Part shown: one piece after another, positions 57,700 through 64,000 of the stretch
Layout of the letters: each line of letters begins with the position of its first letter
Position numbering within the stretch: the stretch's first letter is position 1
Assembly (NCBI GenBank): GCA_045587265.1
Contig: JAZNBX010000023.1
Location: 6,047 to 70,046 of the forward strand
Length of the DNA: 64,000 nucleotides
Source of the DNA: Acutalibacteraceae bacterium
GTDB taxonomy: Bacteria > Bacillota > Clostridia > Oscillospirales > Acutalibacteraceae
Direction of reading: 5' to 3'
Notes under the pieces: generated by a model
Seen by the model: only the letters and a program-made list of their open reading frames with translations
Databases searched by the model: none
What the model was told of the DNA's origin: nothing
Made by a program: the position numbers and the translations under genes

Positions 57700-58301
57700 A
57701 AATAAAAGAATTATCCGCAGCATTAGAAGCAGTGCTATTTGCTTGCGGCGAACCACTTTCTTTAGATAGAATTTGCAGTATATTTGTAATCGACGAGGAT
57801 ATCGCCGAAAAAGCAATAAAGGATTTAACCGAAACTTTAGATGCTCGCGGTAGCGGTCTTAAGGTTGTGCGCCTCGGCGCTAATTATCAGATTTGCACTA
57901 GAAGTGAACATGGTGAGTACATAAAGGCGGCACTTGATTTACGTAGAAAAACGCCGCTATCTGCCGCCGCTTTCGAGGTGCTTGCAGTTATAGCCTACAA
58001 CCAACCCGTAACCAAAGCCTTTGTAGAGCAGGTGCGTGGTGTTGATTGCTCGGGCGTTATCACAACCTTGCAAGAAAAACTTTTAATAGAAGAAAAGGGA
58101 AGGCTAGAACTCCCCGGCAGACCTTTGCTATATGGTACTACTGATAACTTCTTGCGTTGTTTCGGTGTTTCAAGTATTTCAGAATTGCCACCGTTACCAA
58201 AAGATACGTTGGCAGAAAATTCGGCAGAGCAAATTCAGCTTGATGTATCACTTGCTAAGGGTGAGGAAGAAAATACTGAGGAAACGGAAACTAAAGAGTA
58301 A
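57696..58301 (+). CDS. scpB: Segregation and condensation protein B
   Basis: LEAVLFACGEPLSL..., AFEVLAVIAYNQPVTK. Overlaps the scpA stop. Confidence 0.92.
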   Translation: MKIKELSAALEAVLFACGEPLSLDRICSIFVIDEDIAEKAIKDLTETLDARGSGLKVVRLGANYQICTRSEHGEYIKAALDLRRKTPLSAAAFEVLAVIAYNQPVTKAFVEQVRGVDCSGVITTLQEKLLIEEKGRLELPGRPLLYGTTDNFLRCFGVSSISELPPLPKDTLAENSAEQIQLDVSLAKGEEENTEETETKE

Positions 58302-58338
58302 ATTTTTGGGAATAATAACATTGAGGAAGTGTTAATAT

Positions 58339-58725
58339 ATGAATGAAAATGGTGTAAAAGGCCTACTTGATACCACGATGGAAAAACTTCGCACAATGGT
58401 TGATGCTGATACAGTTATCGGCGAGCCGTTAGAGGTTTCGGGCGCAACAATTATCCCTGTTTCAAAGGTGGCTTTCGGCTTGGCAACAGGCGGTAGCGAT
58501 TTTTCGGGCAAGGGCACGTCGCCAAAATTTGGCGGTGGCGGTGGCGCAGGTGTATCGGTAACACCTATCGGTTTTATCGTTATAAAAGGTAATGACGTTA
58601 AAATGTTGCAGATTTATAAAGACGAGTCTGCCGTTAATAAGGCTATCGGCACGTTGCCTGAACTTTTTGACAAAATATCAGGTCTTTTCAAGTCTAAAGA
58701 AGAAATAGATATAGACATTAAATAA
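58339..58725 (+). CDS. ytfJ: Sporulation protein YtfJ (GerW family)
   Basis: IIPVSKVAFGLATGGSDF...GGGGGAGVSVTPIGFIVI. Confidence 0.85.
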   Translation: MNENGVKGLLDTTMEKLRTMVDADTVIGEPLEVSGATIIPVSKVAFGLATGGSDFSGKGTSPKFGGGGGAGVSVTPIGFIVIKGNDVKMLQIYKDESAVNKAIGTLPELFDKISGLFKSKEEIDIDIK

Positions 58726-58774
58726 TCATTAAAATTTTTAAAACATCATATCCTTTTTATAAGGGTGTGATGTT

Positions 58775-59905
58775 TTGAAGCGTATATTGTGTTTTTGTTT
58801 GGCGATTATTATTGCTATCCCGTTTGTAAATATTACTGCAAGTGCTAAGATAAGCGTTGAGGCAAAAGCGGTGGCTTTGGTTAATGCGGATACGGGAGAG
58901 GTGCTTTTCTCACAAAACGGTAACGAAAAGTTGCCTATGGCAAGCACCACTAAAATAATGACTGCAATTTTGCTTTTGGAAAATGCCAATTTGAAAGAGG
59001 AAATTGCCACTACTAAGCAAATGGTAACGGTGGAAGGTTCGTCGATGGGTCTTTTAGAGGGCGATAAGGTAACCTACGAAACCTTGCTTTACGGTATGAT
59101 GCTACCATCGGGTAACGATGCGGCAACTACTGTGGCTATATCATTGGGTGGCTCGTTAGATGGGTTTTCACGTATGATGAATAAAAAAGCCGCAGAACTA
59201 GGGATGGATAACACCCACTTTGTAACACCATCGGGACTTGATAGTGAACTGCATTATTCAACCGCTTTGGATATGGCAAAACTTGCGGTATACGCTATGA
59301 AAAACGAAAAATTTAAAGATGTTGTTTCTACTGAGAGCATAAGGGTGGAGTATGGAAATCCGCCATATAGCAGGTCACTTTTTGGACACAATAAACTGCT
59401 CGATAATTATGAATGGGCAAACGGCATCAAAACCGGTTATACAAGCAAATCGGGTAGGTGTCTTGTGTCATCTGCTAGCAAGGAAGGATTAAACTTAATC
59501 GCAGTTACGCTAGACGATAGCAATACAGTTGCAAGCCATAAATCACTCTTGGAGTACGGCTTTTCAAACCTAACTAAATATACTTTAGAATTACCGTATG
59601 AATACTCGAAAATTCCCGTGATTTCGGGCACCGATAAACATGCAAAACTTATGGTAGACGGCAAAACTGTTGGTCTTAGTGCCGCAGAACGTGAAAGTCT
59701 AGAATATGAAATAACTTTGAAACCTTTTGTGTATGCAGGGGAAAGAAAGGGTAGCGCGGTGGGAAACATTAAGTTTTATACTAAAAACGGTCTGCTTGCC
59801 GAGTTACCGATAATTTTAAAAGAGAATACAAAAACTTTAGATAATAACCTCGAAGGTTCTTTCCTAAAAGTTTTTTTAAATAATTTAATCAGTTTAATAA
59901 TTTAG
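58775..59905 (+). CDS. D-alanyl-D-alanine carboxypeptidase (S11, DacB/DacF-like)
   Basis: Signal peptide, ASTTKIMT (SxxK), SGND (SxN), KTGYT (KTG). Confidence 0.9.
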   Translation: MKRILCFCLAIIIAIPFVNITASAKISVEAKAVALVNADTGEVLFSQNGNEKLPMASTTKIMTAILLLENANLKEEIATTKQMVTVEGSSMGLLEGDKVTYETLLYGMMLPSGNDAATTVAISLGGSLDGFSRMMNKKAAELGMDNTHFVTPSGLDSELHYSTALDMAKLAVYAMKNEKFKDVVSTESIRVEYGNPPYSRSLFGHNKLLDNYEWANGIKTGYTSKSGRCLVSSASKEGLNLIAVTLDDSNTVASHKSLLEYGFSNLTKYTLELPYEYSKIPVISGTDKHAKLMVDGKTVGLSAAERESLEYEITLKPFVYAGERKGSAVGNIKFYTKNGLLAELPIILKENTKTLDNNLEGSFLKVFLNNLISLII

Positions 59906-59924
59906 TTTAAAAAGGAACGAAAAA

Positions 59925-60668
59925 ATGAAGGATAACAGAATCAGATTACAAAAGTTTTTATCGCAAGCGGGTTACGCTTCTCGCAGAGCCGCAGAAGAAA
60001 TGATTGCGGCAGGTAGGGTAAAGGTTAACGGCAGACCCGCAAGCCTTGGCGATAAGGTTGACCCAATTCGTGATAAGGTGGTAGTTTCGGGCAAACGTGT
60101 AATTAACACCTCTAAAAAGATGTATATTATGCTACATAAACCACGCGGTTATGTTACTACATTAAGTGATGAGCAGGGCAGAAAGTGTGTTGCAGAACTA
60201 GTAGCAGATGCACCCGAAAGACTTTTTCCTGTTGGCAGACTTGATAAAGACTCAGAAGGCCTTTTAATTATGACCAATGACGGTGAGTTTGCAAATATGC
60301 TAACCCATCCTTCACGACACGTAACCAAAAGTTATCGTGTAACAGTTCGTGAGCAGGTAACTGCCGATATGGTAGATACCCTTTGTACAGGCGTTACTAT
60401 TGATGGTAGAAAGACTCTGCCTGCAGACGTGCATATTATTGAACGCGGCGAAAATAGGACCGTTTTGCAGTTTGTTATAACAGAGGGCAGAAATAGACAA
60501 ATTCGCAAGATGTGTGACTTTGTAGGTCTTACAGTTATCCGCTTAAAACGTACCGAAATTGCAGGTGTAAGACTTGGTATGCTACCGGTTGGTAAATGGC
60601 GCGACCTTAATGAAAAAGAAATGAAGCACTTAAATAACATTTCCGTTTCTAAAAAGCAGGGAGGTTAA
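59925..60668 (+). CDS. rluB: Pseudouridine synthase, RsuA/RluB family
   Basis: S4 domain (RLQKFLSQAGYASRR) and GRLDKDSEGLLIMTNDG. Confidence 0.9.
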   Translation: MKDNRIRLQKFLSQAGYASRRAAEEMIAAGRVKVNGRPASLGDKVDPIRDKVVVSGKRVINTSKKMYIMLHKPRGYVTTLSDEQGRKCVAELVADAPERLFPVGRLDKDSEGLLIMTNDGEFANMLTHPSRHVTKSYRVTVREQVTADMVDTLCTGVTIDGRKTLPADVHIIERGENRTVLQFVITEGRNRQIRKMCDFVGLTVIRLKRTEIAGVRLGMLPVGKWRDLNEKEMKHLNNISVSKKQGG

Positions 60669-60671
60669 GTA

Positions 60672-61052
60672 ATGGTTGAAGTAAAAGCAACCACTAAAGA
60701 AAATGGACAAGCCGTCTGTAATTCTTTAGGCTTGGAATATAAAGAGAGCGAAACCACAGTTCTTCTTGCCATCGAAAAGGATAAGCAAATAGGCAGTTGT
60801 GTCTATGACGTTAAGGGTGATATTATGACCTTGCGAGACATAACCCCTGCTGATGATTATGTTATGGCGGATAGCCTTTTGCGCTCGGCACTTTTTGTTG
60901 CCGCAAATAAGGGCATATTCAATGTGTTTTGGGCAGAAAAAGTTAGCGCAGACCTTATTTTAAAACTTGGCTTTGTTAAAAATATAACAAATTGCTCAAT
61001 AGACGTTACAAATTTGTTTAGTTCTTGTGAAAATTGTAAAAAAGAAAAATGA
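60672..61052 (+). CDS. Hypothetical small protein (possible GNAT-like fold)
   Basis: Tight operon position after rluB. No confident motif. Confidence 0.45.
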   Translation: MVEVKATTKENGQAVCNSLGLEYKESETTVLLAIEKDKQIGSCVYDVKGDIMTLRDITPADDYVMADSLLRSALFVAANKGIFNVFWAEKVSADLILKLGFVKNITNCSIDVTNLFSSCENCKKEK

Positions 61053-61159
61053 TATCTTGCTATTTAGGGGATTTTAGTATATAATACTAAATGTTGGATT
61101 TTAGATAATGGGGGACAATTGGTTTGTCTCCGCTTTCTAATATGAATGGAGGAAATTAT

Positions 61160-62524
61160 ATGAAATTTGAAGCCGCACTTGAAAAGCTTAGTAGTTTAAG
61201 CGGCAACAAGGTTTCTGCGCTATCAAATCTATTTGACGATGGTAGTTATACCGAACTTGAAAGATTTACTAAAAACGGCGCAGAGGAATGCGATGTTGTT
61301 ACAGCGTACGGATTAATAAACGGCGTTTTGACCTTTGCTTTTTATGGCAGTAAGGGTGTAAACGGTGCTATGGGTCGTGTGCTTGCAGCAAAAATTGAAA
61401 AGGTGTATAACCTTGCTACAAAGGTGGGCGCACCCGTTGTTGCAGTTTACAATAGTGATGGTGCACATATCGACGAGGGAATTGAGGCTATGGAGGCTTA
61501 TGGCTCACTTATGGCTAAAATCGCATCGCTATCAGGTGTTGTTCCTCAAATTTCTGTTATCGCAGGCGATTGCATTGGTTCTGCCGCAGTAATGGCAGCA
61601 ATGGCAGACATCGTTATTATGGTAAAGGATGCTTCAATGTATGTAACTGCTGGTAGCGTTCTTAAAAATGATAAGGTTGGTTCTTCAAATCTTGCACAAG
61701 AAAATGGAACTGCCGCAATAGTAACCGAAACCGAATCGGAGGCATTCGATAAGGTTGCAGAGATAATCACATACTTGCCACAAAATAATTTAAGCGTACC
61801 TTATGCCGCAGAGTACGTACCTTCTAGTGCAACTGTTGACTCAAGTGATGCAGTAAAGGCTATAGAGGCATCGGTTGATGCAGGTAGTTTCTGCGAACTA
61901 TATAGTGAGCATGCAAAACTTGTAAAGGTTGGCTTTGCAAGGGTTAATGGCGTTAGCGTTGGCGTTGCCGCAACTAACGGCGAAAAACTTGATGCCGCCG
62001 CCGCAAAGAAACTTGCACGCTTCGTTCGTTTTATGGATGCTTTCTCTCTACCTGTAATTACCTTTGTTGATTCTTTGGGAATTCTTGGTAATGAAGGCGA
62101 TGAAATCTCGGGCGGTGTAAAATGCACTGCACAACTAGTAGAGGCTTATGCCGAGGCAACAACTGCAAAAATTTCGGTTGTTACCGGTGCCGCTTGTGGT
62201 GCATCTTATATAGCACTTGCTAGCAAAGCCGCAGGTATTGATAGTGTATTTGCTTGGCCAAATGCTTATATTTCTGCTCTTGAGCCTGATACTGCAGTAG
62301 AACTTCTAATGAAAGATGGTCTAGCAGAAGGTAAGACAAGGGAAGAACTCAAAGCAGAGTATATTGACAATGAGGCATCGGCATTCGCCGCAGCAGAAAA
62401 AGGTTTTGTAGAGGATGTTATCAATCCTTTAGAAACCGCACCAAAACTTGCAACTGCTCTTGATATGCTAAGTTCAAAGCGCATTTCTACACTAGATAAG
62501 AAACATTCAAACATTCAGCTTTAA
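61160..62524 (+). CDS. Acyl-CoA carboxyltransferase (12S / methylmalonyl-CoA decarboxylase alpha-like)
   Basis: Two-lobed Carboxyl_trans pattern (GGSMG-like GDCIGSAAV, ...GAACGASY). GGAGG RBS before ATG 61160; the track start is 61124. Confidence 0.8.
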   Translation: MKFEAALEKLSSLSGNKVSALSNLFDDGSYTELERFTKNGAEECDVVTAYGLINGVLTFAFYGSKGVNGAMGRVLAAKIEKVYNLATKVGAPVVAVYNSDGAHIDEGIEAMEAYGSLMAKIASLSGVVPQISVIAGDCIGSAAVMAAMADIVIMVKDASMYVTAGSVLKNDKVGSSNLAQENGTAAIVTETESEAFDKVAEIITYLPQNNLSVPYAAEYVPSSATVDSSDAVKAIEASVDAGSFCELYSEHAKLVKVGFARVNGVSVGVAATNGEKLDAAAAKKLARFVRFMDAFSLPVITFVDSLGILGNEGDEISGGVKCTAQLVEAYAEATTAKISVVTGAACGASYIALASKAAGIDSVFAWPNAYISALEPDTAVELLMKDGLAEGKTREELKAEYIDNEASAFAAAEKGFVEDVINPLETAPKLATALDMLSSKRISTLDKKHSNIQL

Positions 62525-62545
62525 TGACTTTAGGAGGATATAAAA

Positions 62546-62917
62546 ATGAAACAGCTTAAAATTACCGTTAATGGCAAAGCTTATGATGTAACTGTTGAAG
62601 AAATGGGTGGCGCTACTCCCGTAGCAGCTGCACCTGTTGCTGCTCCTGCTCCCGCCGCAGCACCCGCACCTGCCGCAGCACCCGCTCCCGCAGCATCGGG
62701 CGAAGGTGACCCTGTTAATGCACCTATGAACGGAAACATTGTTGACGTTAAAGTAAGTGCAGGTCAGTCTGTAAAATCAGGCGATGTTCTTGTAATATTA
62801 GAAGCTATGAAAATGGAAAACGAAATCGTTGCTCCAAAAGATGGTGTTATCGGCGCAGTTCTAGTTAACAAAGGCGAAACCGTTGATACAGGTGCAACTC
62901 TTGTAACCATTCAATAA
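62546..62917 (+). CDS. Biotin carboxyl carrier protein (1.3S-like) with an Ala-Pro linker
   Basis: EAMKMENE biotinyl-lysine motif and an (A/P)-rich linker. Confidence 0.9.
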   Translation: MKQLKITVNGKAYDVTVEEMGGATPVAAAPVAAPAPAAAPAPAAAPAPAASGEGDPVNAPMNGNIVDVKVSAGQSVKSGDVLVILEAMKMENEIVAPKDGVIGAVLVNKGETVDTGATLVTIQ

Positions 62918-62945
62918 TAAAAGTAAAACGAAAGAGGTCTAAAAA

Positions 62946-64000
62946 ATGGCTAAAATCGGAATTACCGAAACTGTATTGCGCGATGCTCATCAGTCGTTGC
63001 TTGCAACCCGTATGACCACCGAAGAAATGCTTCCTATGCTTGCCGATTTGGATAAAATTGGTTTCCACTCTTTAGAGTGCTGGGGTGGCGCAACTTACGA
63101 CTCTTGTCTTCGCTTTTTAAACGAAGACCCTTGGGAAAGACTTCGTACAATTCGCAAAATGTGTCCTAACACAAAATTGCAAATGCTTTTCCGTGGTCAA
63201 AATATGTTAGGTTATCGCCACTATGCAGACGATGTTGTTGAATATCTTGTTCAAAAGTCGGTTGCAAATGGTATTGATGTTATCCGTATCTTTGATGCGC
63301 TTAATGACTTTAAAAACCTTACCACCGCTATAAATGCCGCTAAGAAAGAAAAGGCTCACGTTCAGGCGGCTATTTCATATACAACAGGCGATGTTTTCAC
63401 ACTCGACTATTATATGAACTATGCAAAGCAGTTAGAGAATGCTGGTGCAGATTCAATCTGTGTTAAGGATATGGCGGCTTTGCTCACACCTTACTACACC
63501 TACGAACTTGTTAAAAAGTTAAAAGAAACCGTTAAGATTCCGGTACAGGTGCATTCACATAGCACTTCAGGTCTTGGCTCAATGGTTCTTATGAAGGCTA
63601 TTGAGGCAGGCGCAGATTACGTTGATACCGCTATGTCTCCATTGGGACTTGGTACTTCACACCCTGCAACTGAGTCTATGGTAGCGGCTTTACAAGGCAC
63701 AGAGTATGATACAGGTCTTGACCTTGAAGCATTAGACAGAATTGCAAAATATGTTGATTCACTTCGCGAGAAATATATCGCAGAAGGTCTTCTTAATCCT
63801 AAAATGCTACGTGCAGATGCAAAAGCGCTTATTTATCAAGTACCCGGTGGTATGCTTTCTAACCTACTTTCACAACTTAAGCAAGCAGGTAAAGAAGATA
63901 AACTCCAAGAGGTGCTTTTAGAGGTGCCAAAGGTTCGTGCAGATTGCGGTAACCCACCACTTGTTACACCAACCTCTCAAATTGTTGGTACACAAGCAGT
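62946..64000 (+). CDS. Oxaloacetate decarboxylase alpha / transcarboxylase 5S-type carboxyltransferase (N-terminal part; runs off the window end)
   Basis: Not in the track because it is open-ended. My translation gives MAKIGITETVLRDAHQSLLATRMTTEEMLP...LECWGGATYD...FRGQN, an HMGL-like TIM barrel. Confidence 0.85.
   Translation, partial: MAKIGITETVLRDAHQSLLATRMTTEEMLPMLADLDKIGFHSLECWGGATYDSCLRFLNEDPWERLRTIRKMCPNTKLQMLFRGQNMLGYRHYADDVVEYLVQKSVANGIDVIRIFDALNDFKNLTTAINAAKKEKAHVQAAISYTTGDVFTLDYYMNYAKQLENAGADSICVKDMAALLTPYYTYELVKKLKETVKIPVQVHSHSTSGLGSMVLMKAIEAGADYVDTAMSPLGLGTSHPATESMVAALQGTEYDTGLDLEALDRIAKYVDSLREKYIAEGLLNPKMLRADAKALIYQVPGGMLSNLLSQLKQAGKEDKLQEVLLEVPKVRADCGNPPLVTPTSQIVGTQA

Noticed and set aside
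62620-62700. Short tandem GC-rich repeats (GCACCCGC / CCTGCCGCAGCA...).
   Set aside because: They encode the Ala-Pro flexible linker of the biotin carrier protein. They are not a CRISPR array or a non-coding tandem repeat.
1-64000. CRISPR arrays, rRNA genes, IS elements and canonical defence systems (RM, TA, Abi, CBASS, and similar).
   Set aside because: I saw no regularly spaced repeats, no rRNA-like sequence, no terminal inverted repeats flanking a transposase, and no nuclease/ATPase/methyltransferase gene sets. The remaining track ORFs of 60 aa or more are nested antisense or out-of-frame within confident genes and were discarded.

Overview
This is a chromosomal segment from a spore-forming Firmicute, Clostridia-like. 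Evidence for that is spoVAEb, cotJABC, ytfJ, a dacB-type PBP, Gram-positive RBS/promoter/terminator grammar, and roughly 40-45% GC in core genes.

About 65 genes are mostly housekeeping:
- comM/yifB (partial), queH, pyk, and kdgK-eda.
- galU, mnmE, asnS, and the glycogen operon glgB-glgC-glgD-glgA.
- A Ca2+ P-type ATPase, rny, secD-secF, galE, and rlmD/rumA.
- tRNA(CAT) and tRNA-Trp, uvrB, cotJABC, scpA-scpB, and rluB.
- A biotin-dependent carboxyltransferase/BCCP/5S cluster that runs off the right edge.

No CRISPR array, rRNA, transposase, integrase or recognisable defence-system gene was found in any frame.

The most unusual part is the AT-richer stretch between tRNA-Trp and uvrB (about 47.5-53.1 kb). 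It has three notable structures:
1. An 85-bp perfect direct repeat contains the last 18 nt of tRNA-Trp plus its terminator.
2. A diverged (about 85% identical), truncated second copy of the uvrB RBS and first about 90 codons lies 1.45 kb upstream of the intact uvrB.
3. Between the two uvrB copies is a cytoplasmic LRR-protein gene flanked by a perfect 25-bp direct repeat. A related box plus a phased AACAC-repeat module also precedes the PHP/EutH-like operon.

Together these look like scars of site-specific cassette or island insertion with no recombinase left.

Other points worth a second look:
- A promoter-to-terminator orphan structured RNA candidate at about 10.3-10.5 kb.
- A NifU-like + GGGtGRT gene pair of unknown function.
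- An Eda-VOC fusion.
- Tandem zinc-ribbon/DUF2628 membrane paralogs.

All calls rest on reading the sequence and ORF translations by eye. No database search was run.
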